Origin: Podarcis melisellensis
Taxonomy: Eukaryota
NCBI GenBank assembly: GCA_964234715.1
Contig: OZ174275.1
Reading direction: 5' to 3' (one strand)
DNA length: 64,000 nucleotides
The notes beneath the pieces were generated by a model, which saw only the letters and a list, made by a program, of their open reading frames with translations, made no database searches and was not told the origin of the DNA. Shown in pieces: positions 30,021-41,804 of the stretch. Each line of letters starts with the position of its first letter. The stretch's first letter is position 1. The position numbers and the translations under genes were made by a program.

Positions 30021-30335
30021 GTAAAGGTAAAGGTACCCCTGCCTGTACGGGCCAGTCGTGACCGACTCTAGGGATGCGCACTCATCTCGCTCAAGAGTCC
30101 GAGAGCTGGCACCGTCCGAAGACACTTCCGGGTCGTGTGGCCAGCGTGACGAAGCTGCAACTGGCGAGCCAGCACATTTATCTACTTGCACTTAGGGGTG
30201 CTTTCAAACTGCTAGGTGGGCAGGAGCTGGGACCGAGCAACGAGAGCTCACCCCGTCGCGGGGATTCGAACCGCCGACCTTACGATCAGCAAGTCCTAGG
30301 CACTGAGGTTTTACCCACAGCGCCACCCGCGTCCC
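30021..30335 (-). mobile_element. Sauria SINE with intact ends
   Basis: Minus strand GGGACGCGGGTGGCGCTGTGGGT ... (ACCTTT) tail; 13-bp TSD ctttctggaatta (30008-30020, 30336-30348). Confidence 0.92.
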
Positions 30336-30837
30336 CTTTCTGGAATTAAATGTTGAATAAAAGTACATTATCTTTCATTAATGACTGCCAATTAGTGAAG
30401 TTTGTTCATCTGTGCAATGAAGGCTGAATACACACTATATTTTTTAAAGTACATTCAAAGAATCATGGGAACTGTAGTTTACCTCACAAATAGCTATAAT
30501 TCCCAGCACCCATAACAAACTATGGATATGTGCTTTGAGGCTGTGATGTGTTCATAGCCAAAGAATCAGCGAAGATTTGTTTATTTTCAAGAGATGTCTA
30601 ATTCTTTATTCTGAGTAAAGATGATAAATTCTTATAGACAGAGGACATGGTTATCAACAGCTGCTTCTACTCTCAGATATATTATGCCTCTGAATCCCAG
30701 TCGCTGGGAATATCCTATGTCCAGAAACAGTGGTGCTGTCGTGGCCTGACTTTGAGGCAAAAGTCCAGGCCCCACTCAGCTGAGCATCATTATTACCACA
30801 TTATGAAATAAGGGCATCTTACAAAAAAAAAAAAATC

Positions 30838-30972
30838 CAGGTATGGGAAACCTTTGGCCCTCCAGATATTGCTGAACTACAACTCCCATCAACCCCAGCA
30901 AGCATGGCAAATGGCCTGAGATGATGACAGTTGTAGTTCTGTGACATCTAGAGGGCCAAAGTCTCCCCACAG
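30838..30972. mobile_element. hAT hairpin MITE of the ACTACAACTCCCATCA family (other copies about 12050-12150, 31894-32017, 46373-46490, 56310-56415)
   Basis: Shared palindromic body CCAGAT.TTG.TG.ACTACAACTCCCATCA. Confidence 0.7.
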
Positions 30973-32833
30973 CTGGTCAAAAGAGTCTCCTTATGTAGGC
31001 TTGCCATATGTCCTCTTTTTTCAGGACACGCCCTCTTTTTCAGGAGTGTGTAAAATGAGAGTCGTCATAGCGACACATAGCTAAAAGTAGAAGTCTGCAA
31101 ATGTGTCCTCTATTTTGCTCTTCAAAATATGGCAGCCTTGATAGCTGAAGCTGTGTGCATTAGCACGCATTCCCATCGAAAGAGGTGGGTCTCCATAAGG
31201 TCATTCTGTTCGGAGTCTTAAATTATCTAACCACTTCACTGTTCAGAAGCACTTTGGGAGTTCCACAGAAATCACACACCTATTTCTTCGCCATAAGATG
31301 ACACTTACCTCACAAGACGTATTTTTACAAAGTGAGACCAAGCAGTAGGTGAGTCACATTCCTACGTGGTGGAGCATAAATGAGTATAAGATCTAGTCAA
31401 CTGATTATGTGAGCCAATTCTATGAATTCAAGATCCAATCTTCATGGGTGTGACCCAAACTTGACTACCAGTGATAAGAAGGCGAAACAGAAAGTGCAGT
31501 GTAACTAAACACTAATTTTAGTCATTCTCCCACAGCATTGAGTATGTTTATATAATAAATCTCTCATTCATTATACAATGGGCTCATGAAAAACTACAAA
31601 AAACTTTGAGGCCCATAGAATATATGTTTGCAGTATACATAGCAAATCTTTCATGCTGCACTTGTATTTTTCATCTGAAACTAATTGCAATTAGCAGCCC
31701 TGCACATGCACAATATCTTTGATTGTCAAGTGTCTTGTGTTTCCATGTTAAATTTCATAGGTAAGAATGTTCCTGAGGTAAATATTTTAATGCGTTATTC
31801 ACAGACATTCCAGGAGCTGTAGACAGAGTTCCAAAATCAGATAGGACTTACAGAATCATTGAGAAATGCTGACTTTTTGAGAACTGCTCTCTATAGGGAT
31901 GGAAAGATGTGACCTTCCAGATTTTGTTAGACTACGGCTCTCATCTCACCTGACCGTTGACCATTTTGGTGCTGATGGGAGTTGTAGTCACAACATCTGG
32001 AGAGTCACAATCCCTGCTATAGATAAGAAGCTGACAGACTTCTCCTTCTTGCTGAATAAACGTTGCGACACCAGCCCACACTCTGCTTAAGCAATTTCCA
32101 TGATTGCTTCAGTCATTTCAGTTCCGTTGAGTTTTCTTTCGAGCTCTGAAGAAACCAGAGTGTTATCTCAGGCACAGGTGAGATGTTATTCTGTTTTGGA
32201 AGTTTTCTTTTGACTAACAAATGAAGTCATTTGTAAATCTGTATTGCTAGTAGCTATAAACCATTGCCAAAGCAGTAAAATGCCTACTAGCACAGACACG
32301 ACATAGCTAAATATACTATCTGTTTAAAAGACAATCAAAATTGAAATGAACTCCGAAACTTCCTGAGGTTGCTGTTAGATTTAGCTGCTGAAATGAATGA
32401 ATCACTTTGACAAGCCATTTGGTTCAAAACTCTCACTCAATTTTTTAAAAATTATTTTTATTATTTTTTTTGCTGCAAAAGGGAACAAAGCAACTTGATA
32501 GGCTAAATATGCATATTTACTGCATAACAAGTAAATCACCATGGGAAGAATTCAAGGTCACACTAATGAGATCTCCTTATCAGTGTGAGCATTTCTGCTT
32601 GTCTGGTGGAGCAATTCCCCCCCCCCTTCCTCAAAGAGAGGCAGACATACTTGCTTGGTCATTTCAGAGCCCAACACACTCAATAAAACTAGCTTTCCCC
32701 ATACTCATTCTCCACTCTGATCCAGAGCTTCACATCAGATCAAGAGTTTGTCTCAGAATTTCAGATTGCCGTTGGTGCCATGGCTATAATAAATGTTGTG
32801 CGGATGCCTGATTATCGTCTTCCAAAGCAACTA

Positions 32834-33075
32834 CAGTGGTACCTCAGGTTACAAACGCTCCAGGTTACAGACGCTTCAGGTGACAGACTCCGCTAACCCA
32901 GAAATAGTACCTCGGCTTAAGAACTTTGCTTCAGGATGAGAACAGAAATCGCGCAGCAGCGGTACAGCGGCAGTGGGAGGCCCCATTAGCTAAAGTGGTG
33001 CTTCAGGTTAAGAACGGTTTCAGGTTAAGAATGGACCTCCAGAACAAATTAAGTTCTTAACCCGAGGTACCACTG
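32834..33075. mobile_element. Tigger/pogo-like MITE
   Basis: TA-CAGTGGTACCTC ... GAGGTACCACTG. Confidence 0.85.
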
Positions 33076-33077
33076 TC

Positions 33078-33478
33078 CTCTATTCCGAACTTAAAAATGG
33101 AAAGCGTAATGCTGGTGGTCAACAAAAGAGGTTTAAAGACTGTCTCAAGGCAAATAAAAAAAAAAGTAGTATAAACACTGACAACTGGGAAACACTGGCC
33201 TGTGAGTGCTCCAGTTGGAGAACAGCCTTTACCAAAGGTGTCATGGACTTTGAAGACACTCGAACTCAGAATGCAAGGGAGAAACGTGCTAAGAGGAAGG
33301 CACGCTTGGCAAATCCACACCGTAATCAACTCCCGCCCGCGAACCAATGACCCCACTGTGGAAGGATGTGTGGATCCAGAATTGGCCTCCACAGTCACTT
33401 ATGGACTCGTTGTTAAAACAGTGCTTATGGAAGACAATCTTACTCGGCTACGAGTGATCACCAAGAGAAAGAGAGAAG
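33078..33478 (+). mobile_element. RTE-clade LINE 3' fragment (not BovB)
   Basis: ELKNGKRNAGGQQKRFKDCLKAN...NTDNWETLACECSSWRTAFTKGV, RTE ORF C-terminus. Confidence 0.75.
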
Positions 33479-34019
33479 TAATGATACCCTCACTACATGT
33501 GTTGTTTCTCAAATTTTCAAATATGTAGCCACGTTCTACTATTCAAGTCCAAAAACCTGCCTGCCAGATAATGAATGAAATAGTTTATTGGGGATGCTGT
33601 GCAGTTAACACCCACAAGATGGCAAGTCCCTCAAATCATTTCTTAATCTATTTATTCTTTGAACAGTACAGGGAGGAGATCTGCATACAAATGAGCAGGG
33701 GGCAGCTTTCAGATTTCAAAAAGTTATTCTAATTTGAATTGGCACTCCTTCTGTTGGCAGCTGAGGTGGGAGAAGCACGCATTAAGGATATAAATCAGGC
33801 TAAGCCTGAGTGAAAGGGTCAGCTGGGGTCACTGGCATTAAGATATCCACCGTCTCAAGGACCTGACTAGTGCCAGTAAATGCCTGGGAGAAAATCACAA
33901 GACTGCCAGAAAGATGTAACTGTGCAGATGCTACTGAGAAGCCTCATGAGTTGAAATCCCAACTACCATCCATTCTGAAACCAGCATAAAACCCGAGAAT
34001 TGAGTGTTCTGACCCTGCA

Positions 34020-34047
34020 ATGAGCTGGGGAGACATCTCTGCAGAGT
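34020..34047 (+). CDS. Probable first coding exon of the DHRS9-like paralog (MSWGDISAE)
   Basis: gcaATG AGC TGG GGA GAC ATC TCT GCA GAG T|GTAAGT; phase 1 joins acceptor ttgtttcAG|AT GGC GGA at 36333 to give [21 protein letters not shown]; TATAAA at 33789-33794. Confidence 0.6.
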
Positions 34048-35302
34048 GTAAGTACAAGTCATGGAACAAAACCAACGCCTTGGTAAAATGGTTCAGAAGA
34101 TATCGCAGTCAGTGTATTGACAAGTGGCTATCATATATAGGCTGAATAATCAAAAATAGGTCCCACTCTATGAGTATTGTATAGATGATGATCGTGATCT
34201 TAATTTTATTTAATTTATTGATGTTGTTGCTGCTGCTGTTACATTAATATCCAGTCTCTCTTCTACCATGGAACCCAAGGCAATGTAGATGTCTTTCCTA
34301 GATGGTCACCTCAGGAAAGTGGTGGCCTCAGATATCATCAGACCAGGCCCTGAGATTTGTTCATTGGTGATTCCTAAAGTAAGTGTATTTAGGCTCGGTG
34401 TCTTGCTCTTTCAAGGGAACAATCCTCAGTCCAGTGGGACCTACTCACAAGTAAGTGCACATAGGGCTGAAATCCTCACCAAAACAATTATGGATGTGCC
34501 TTAATGATTCTGCCTGAGCTCCCTCCCCCATCACTTAAAGCAGGTCTGCTCAGTTGATGACCCAGCAAGCTAATTCTACCAAGAGCTTGATAATGGGGAT
34601 CCTGCCTGGGGTGGCATAGACAGGTTGTCAAGGACCTGGTATACCACCGTCAACAGCTGCTGGGTGAGCTATGTCTGGCTCAGTGGGTCATGAAATGGGC
34701 CGTCCTGATTTAAATTCCCCTTTATCTTTGGCCTGCATTTCATGTGGCTGCTGTAATTGGTGCCCTCCTTGAGCCTGCTGGTTATAATTAGTTTTCTATC
34801 TGACAGAGATTTAAGAGATAAAAGGCTCATGGAGATAGATCCATAGGTACTCAATTGCAGTTTCTTACTAGTATCTTATGCTGATGACACCCCATGTGAA
34901 CATCAGCATAAGAATTTCCTGGTGAATTTCCTGGTGGGAGGATAAGTGGAGATACCTGTGGTCTTCCTTAAATAATTTATCAAGCATTTCTACCAAAGTA
35001 TCAATGTGGGTATCGGCTTTGAGGTAAAGCTTTTTTCTGGCCCCACTTATCACTAGCATGTGCCACTCAGAATGTGGCTTTACTCACTTCTGACATCAAG
35101 TGTTTAGGGAAGCACGGAAGGACCACATATTTCTGCCTCTTTCTTCTTGAGTTTTGTTCTGCTGATGGTTTGTGTGCTGTGTCTTTGTATTTTTTGAGGG
35201 TGAACGTTTGTGATTTACCGGCTCTTAATTTTTAATTTTTTTGTACTGTACTGTATTTTAATTGTATGACACCTTGGGAGGGTTTAAATAATTACTGTAA
35301 AT

Positions 35303-35429
35303 CAGGGCATTTTTTCAGCCGGAACTCAGTTCCGGCCCCTCTCAGGTAGGCGCCATTGCCATTATAAAAGAATAAGGGAGGCATTTATGGTGAGTTCCGG
35401 CACCAATTTTTTTTAGAGAAATAGCATTG
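35303..35429. mobile_element. Short hAT MITE
   Basis: CAGGGCATTTT / AAATAGCATTG ends, 8-bp TSD ctgtaaat (35295-35302, 35430-35437). Confidence 0.78.
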
Positions 35430-36332
35430 CTGTAAATGTTTCTGCCTATATTTGCTGACTTTATTGCTTACAACCTCCCTGTGTAACTCTAACAACATGC
35501 CAAGATATCATCATTACATCGCCTCACAATTAAGAGCATTCATTTGCCCAAGCAAACATGTGTTTTGCATGCTTCATATACAAAGATGTGCAGATAGAAA
35601 ACTTCCTTGGCATCACTTGCTGAATAAACACTGTGACACATTTTTGTTACAATGGTCAGGCTAATGAAAGGCCGTCAAGAAAGAAAGAGAAAGAGAGAAA
35701 GAAAGGCACTCTCACACCATGCTAAATCTAGTCTCTGATAGATCAGACTATAGATTGTCAGCACCAGTATCAGCATACAAAACACAAAGCAGAGGGGTCA
35801 TTATACTCACCAAAAAGAGCCCAAAGTTTGCGGTTTGCTCAGGGTTGCGATCTGTTTCCATTGCAGAATGGCATTGTGGGAAGTAACAGAAAGAACACAG
35901 TCCTCCACATCACTTGAGAGCCATCAAACTCCCCTCCCCTCTCCCTTCGCTATCCTGTGTTCATCATTGCCTTGAATACTAATGAATGTTCACCACAATG
36001 GGCACTGCCCCAACTGCTAACTGAGCTCCCTTTTTTCACGTTGAAGGGTTTTTCAGATGGGAGTTAGTGGCCAATATAGAGCAGATGCCATCTTGAAAGC
36101 AGCAGAGAACTATTGAGAAACTGCTGTGGAGGAATCTGCTCCTCCAAAGCATGTTACTCTTGGATACTATTCAGGTTGTGCCAGAAGTCTCTAGCTGCCA
36201 ACTTATACTGACGGGAAGATTCAACGAAACTGGAACGGGAAACAAAAGCCTCTGTGAAGTGCCCAAGTTGACAGAAATGGTGAGCACTTGTGGCAGATAG
36301 GTCCACACACGGCTGTCCTGATGTTGTTTCAG

Positions 36333-36650
36333 ATGGCGGACAGATAGGGATGGTGGCTGTCATCCTTTCCATCGCGGTTTGCTGGTTCATCAGAGACTGC
36401 CTAAAAGTGGAAGGCCTGAGGGGGAAGTATATTGTCATCACTGGATGCGACAGTGGCTTTGGCCATGCCCTGGCTAAGTACCTCGACCAGAAAGGATTCC
36501 GCATCATTGCTGCGTGTCTCTCAAAGGAAGGGAGCCAGGAGCTACTAGCCAACACTTCCTTGTCATTGCAAACTGTGGAGCTTGATCTAACGGACCCTGA
36601 CAGTATTGACAAGGCTGTGGAGTTTGTGCGGGCAGAAACTGAGGGTGTAG
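36333..36650 (+). CDS. DHRS9-like paralog exon (membrane anchor and Rossmann motif)
   Basis: Acceptor at 36331-32, donor GTA G|GTAAGC. Confidence 0.9.
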
Positions 36651-39600
36651 GTAAGCAGCCTATAGAACACAGCCTTGCTTTCAAAAGACAGGGGGCACCT
36701 CGAGGCAACCTGAATTGAGCATCCATTCGGAATGGTTTGCTCAAAACTTGTCCAGATGGTCTACAACGTCTGTGGGGTTTAAATGACATACGCTATTTCT
36801 CGAACATCAAGCCTGATTTGAGGCACCTGGGCTACAGAATTCCCTAGGTATATGCATTTTAGATTCATTTCAGTTTTTAAAACACAATTATACACAGTGC
36901 AAAATGTCAAGATAAAAGTATTGTTCATGTGATATCATTTACTTCTGCTAGTGTAAGAATACATAATGTAACAAATTACAGCCAGAAATTTTTCATAGAT
37001 ATATAGTGTAACAATCTGAGGTCAGGACAAGTCTCCAAACCCACATTACCAGTTCATTCTCTGATATCCTTTCCATGCTTCTTCACATTTTTTTTTTTAT
37101 TATTATTCCTAAAATACTCAAACAGGACTGTATGGCTTGGTAAATAACGCTGGGAGATCCATACCCATGGCCCCCACCGACTGGATGCAGCTGGATGATT
37201 TCTACAAAACCCTGGATGTCAATCTAATGGGGCTGATTGGGATTACCTTGAAGCTCCTCCCCCTCCTGAAAAAAAATAAAGGAAGGATTGTCAACGTGTC
37301 AAGTGTTCTGGGTCGCCTGGCATTTCTAGGGGGCGGCTATTGTGTGTCAAAATGGGGAGTGGAGGCATTCTCTGACACTTTGCGGTGAGTTGCCGTGGGC
37401 TTGTGGGTGACAGATGGTAGATTACTACTGTCTCTGTGATCATAGAGTTGTAGAAGGGACCCCAAGGATCATCGAGTTCAACCCCCTGAAATGCAGGCAT
37501 CTCAACTAAAGCACCCGGGACAGATGACCACCCAACCTCTGTTTAAAAACCTCCAATGGAAAGAGGGTTCACCAGCTCCTGAAGGAGTCTGTTCCACTGT
37601 CCAACAGTTCTTACTGTCAGAAAGTTCAATCACATCTGTGACTGCCTGCAACTCAGGCTGAACTGACTGAAAAGTATAATTGTGGGTTCACGTGGAAAAG
37701 AAGACAGGAAGGCAAAAACTCATTTGTCACAACAACTATTTATAATAGCCAGTTGTAGGATTACTGTGGAAGAGGATGCATCAGGGCTACAGCGTGGAAA
37801 AAGCTAAGTCAGGAGCATTTGCTTCCTATAAGGGTGGCACAATCTTGGATTTGCAGGAGGCAATATGCAGGCACAGATTCCACCTACAGGACCCCATTCT
37901 GGGTGAGAAGCCAACACGCCAGCACTGTCTGCTTGACATGCATAAGGTCCCATGTTCAATCCTCAACATCTCTGGCTAAGAGGATCTTGGGTAGCAGCAG
38001 GTGATCTTAATCTCTGCCTGGTATAGCTTGATCCCATTTATTCCAATGTGAAGGGAACCATAAGCAAACAAATGAGACTCACGTGGCCTAACTTTTACCA
38101 TTCTTTTATTAACATCCAGCAGGACATTGCATATGCCACGCGCATCCTCTTCAGTTTCACCTGCCCCACAGCCTTAAGATTGCACCATGAACTGGATTGG
38201 TAAAACCCACCACAAACTGATGAGTTTTTAAAATTTTTCTCTTAGGAGGGATATGCATCATTTCGGAGTAAAGGTGAGCATTATCGAGCCAGGATTCTTT
38301 AAGACAGGAGTAACTAATATAGGGGACATTGAGAGAGACCTACAAAGACTGTGGAACCAGCTGACTCCAGAGGCCAGAGACTCCTACGGGGATAAATACT
38401 TCCTTGATTGTAAGTGCAAATGTCCAGCACAAAAATTTGGGATGGCTTGAATGCCTGCATTTTATTCCAGTTATGTGATGATTTTTGCAAAGATTACTTG
38501 GCGTTATACCAAACTTAATGTTTTGAAAATGAATGATTTCCAGCTTCGAATCATTTTGTTGACTGTGATGGGAAAGAGCTTCGGTTTCGATAGGGAGGTA
38601 TGGGGTGGGGTGGGAGGGGGCCTGAACTGTTTCTCGAGTTGGAATGCCATTGATCAAATGCATTGGGAGATACATGCGTTTTCAAAAGATCACACTTCAT
38701 GAAGGCAGAGAAAAGTGACCATGGGGAATTATTATTTGGAGCACCAACTCATAGCTCAATGGTAGTGCATAGCTTTGCATACCAGAGGCCCTGGGTTTAA
38801 TCCTTGGCATCTCCAATTACAAGGACCAGGTAGCAGGCAGTAGGTAGGATCTCTTCCTGAGACCTTGGAGAGTCAATTAGATGATGCACAACTAGGTAGG
38901 CAAATAACTTCACCTGCCATAGCTTCACCTATGCTCTTCAACTTAGCTTTCACAGGATCTAGGGAGGTCTTATAGATCCTGTTATAGTCAAATATTACAG
39001 GTCGCATCCAAAATATCTTGCTATATGTATATGCCGTCTCTTAAACTGGATTGCATTGACAAGGGAAACGGAAGGGCACCTTCTGAGTGTAAAATAATCT
39101 TGGTGAATTGTGAGGCAGGCAAGATCTAGCAAACTGCTGAGCAGAGTCTTACTGAATCAGCATCTTCAGTGCTGAAAGTCCTCCCATCTTGTCCAAATTG
39201 TTAATGTGCTACTACAAACAGAAACTGGCAAAATGCAACTTCACAATGGTACCTCTAGGACAAGACTGGCACAGCAAGACACCCCATGGGACACATTTAG
39301 AAAAACAGGTGCACAGATGACTCAAGAAATTGTGTTAGCTGCATGTAATGGGGTTTCACGCTGTATTTTATGCAGACCTGACTGCTGTTGAATGAATTAG
39401 GAGTTGCTGAGTTTTATGCGCAGCATGACTAGTGCAGTAAAAAGTGTTTGCATCGCTGCTTTAGAACTACAGTTGTGTTTTGATCTCTGTTCCCTTAGCT
39501 TTAAAAATCTGGATTTTCACTTGATTTGATGGGGTCTTTTATCTTCCTAGCAGATTTAAGGCTGCAAAGGCTATCCATGAGAAGGCTGTGTGATCCTGAT

Positions 39601-39804
39601 GTTTCTAAGGTCACAAAGTGTATGGAGCACGCCTTGACCGCCAAGTACCCAAGGACGCGCTATGGAGTTGGATGGGATGCAAAGTTATTGTGGCTCCCGC
39701 TCTCCTATGCCCCCACGTTCCTCTCCGACGCAATGCTGAGAATGCTTTTTCCAGTTCCAGAGGGTGACAGTAATCCAGCAAAAAGATATCAAATAGATGT
39801 TTAA
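36350..39804 (+). CDS. Second SDR9C-family retinol/sterol dehydrogenase (DHRS9-like tandem paralog); exons 36350-36650 (acceptor at 36333), 37126-37384, 38246-38409, 39554-39804; 324 aa from ATG 36350, 339 aa with the upstream exon 34020-34047
   Basis: [50 protein letters not shown]; same 259/164-nt internal exons and phases as DHRS9; no stops or frameshifts. Confidence 0.93.
37126..37384 (+). CDS. DHRS9-like paralog exon (259 nt)
   Basis: aaacAG|GA CTG TAT GGC ... TTG CG|GTGAGT. Confidence 0.94.
38246..38409 (+). CDS. DHRS9-like paralog exon (164 nt)
   Basis: ctcttAG|G AGG GAT ATG ... GAT T|GTAAGT. Confidence 0.94.
39554..39804 (+). CDS. DHRS9-like paralog last coding exon
   Basis: Tandem acceptor TAG/CAG (exon start 39551 or 39554); ends RYQIDV TAA. 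Confidence 0.9.
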
Positions 39805-39958
39805 GGCAGGTGAATGTGCCAACATTTTGAAGCAAACTGTTGTCTCCACGGTGCTCTGATAGACTCTTCTATCTTGCCTGGTGAATATAACTTCTCTGAA
39901 ATTTCTAATCACAAAAATCATAGGATTGTAGAGCTGGAAGAGATACAAATCTAAATGA

Positions 39959-39964
39959 AATAAA
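39959..39964 (+). terminator. Candidate polyadenylation signal of the DHRS9-like paralog
   Basis: AATAAA about 155 nt after the stop codon. Confidence 0.55.
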
Positions 39965-40290
39965 ATACAACTGCTCAGTGTTGAGGGAACTGCTCATGCT
40001 GGGACTGAGTCTCGGCACAAATTAAGCCCAAAAAGTTTACAATGCCGAGCTTCTTAGAATTTTTTCTATTAGGAAATTATTGGTTCAGTACATGATTTGA
40101 TGGGCACAATGGTCTTGGAAAAGGAACAGGATAAAGGTTTTGTTTGCTTAAGGTTTTCTGATTAATCATTAAAAACTAGCTCAATTAAAGTTTACCTCCG
40201 TTCACCAGAAAGAGAGAAAGCCACACAACAGGACAGGATGCTCTACAGTCCATCAATGATAACACAGGCAATGATAAAACACACATTAGA

Positions 40291-40296
40291 TTTATT
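40291..40296 (-). terminator. Candidate polyadenylation signal of LRP2 (3'UTR about 40270-41642)
   Basis: Minus-strand AATAAA followed by GU-rich TGTGTGTTTT; gives a 3'UTR of about 1.4 kb. Confidence 0.55.
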
Positions 40297-40393
40297 CAGC
40301 AGCAGCATTTTCCAGTTTTCTAATCAAAGTACGTATCAAGGTAATAAAACCAAGCATATTAAAAGAGGGATAGCCTTTGACTTGTGAGAATTC

Positions 40394-40434
<41 letters not shown>

Positions 40435-41642
40435 CACTCCAAACTGCAGAAGTCTAGTCTGTTATTAATTTCGAAGCCTGGCGTTATTCTGAGTAGCTAG
40501 GTCAGGAACACTAAATGGCAGCTCAGACTATTCCTGGAGTGGCACATACAATTTTCCTGAAGGGGTTCAAATTATGGCTACAAAGCAGTCTTGATCAGTA
40601 GTAAAAACTAACAAGATGTATAGTACAAGGCTGTATCAGTAAAAATGGTTTCCCTTTCTATTGTTGCCCAGCTCAGGAAATAAATAGTTGACAAATATCA
40701 AAAATGTTCACATGAAAAACATCGGAGACGGCTCATTTTAAAGCGTACCAGCACTGTTCATATTGCTATGGCACAGAAATCAAGCATTTTGGATAGCAGA
40801 CTAAAATTGGTTTTCACCATACACAAATGACTTGCAGAGGCTTCAGCTGAGAATAGAACTCTTCCATTGATGACCAGGAAAACAAGTTGCTTAATTAAAT
40901 GTGGATGCAGCAAAAATGTAAAGCACACCCCAGCTTCCTACAGACATTTGGAACGACAGTGTATAAAACTGGGACCTTAAGGAAAAGATGATGTCTGAGG
41001 GAAAGAAGGATTCTATTCCCAGCAGGAAAAATATTAGCCCGAGAAAAACATTCTGTGCCACTTGTAATTCTTTTGTTGCCCAAGAAAAGAGTTGTGGAAA
41101 GTGTTCATGTTCTGTTTCTTATCATACAAAGAGGCACCTATTTTTCATATGCTCTGGTATGTAAAACAGAGATGGATAGAAGCACCAGTGCAGACTTAGC
41201 AGAGCGCTGCCTATAAATATATGCTCTGAAGGTTGTTGCAACTCAGCAGAGGGCCACCACTTTCTCCTCTATATTATTTAGTATAATTAATTACATAGGG
41301 GGTGCACCCCTCATGATGCAGTTTCAGAATAGATTCATACGAAAACATCGACATCCAGATAATCTTTCAGAAATTTACAAATGTACAGTATATTTATAAC
41401 ATTACTTTCAGAGAGTGTCAGTGCAAAGATATACATATAGTACACCGTGATAATTGCTCATAAAAATAGGCATTGACATGTGTAAAAAATAACAACAACA
41501 AGGCATGGTTTCGACAGATGTCTCCAGCTAAAGTCTAAATATATTTCTTTATAAAGAGATGTGAAGCATTTTTTTTTCCTCCTTCTGTTTACAAAAATAT
41601 ATGTGCAAACGAGTGTGCCTAATTATTCCCTATTTGAGCTAG

Positions 41643-41804
41643 TTATACAACAGAGTCCTCTTTGACGAGATTGGCGGTGTCTTTGAACGAATCCTCAGTT
41701 GCTGTATAGGCTAACGGTTGATCTCTTTTGAGAATGATCTTCTGAGGCAGTGATGGAGATGGGGGAGGGACACTTTCAGCATCTCCCCTGTGTTCCTTAT
41801 CCAT
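41643..41804 (-). CDS. LRP2: LRP2 last coding exon (PPPSP motif, PDZ-binding SVV)
   Basis: 162 nt, ending TAA at 41645-41643. Confidence 0.95.
   Translation of the reverse strand: MDKEHRGDAESVPPPSPSLPQKIILKRDQPLAYTATEDSFKDTANLVKEDSVV

Noticed and set aside
36154-36789. 211-aa minus-strand ORF
   Set aside because: Antisense shadow of the paralog's coding exon
41619-41645. LRP2 stop followed by CTAG (readthrough-like context)
   Set aside because: The established motif is UGA-CUAG; the stop here is UAA, the least leaky, and the extension would be only 7 residues
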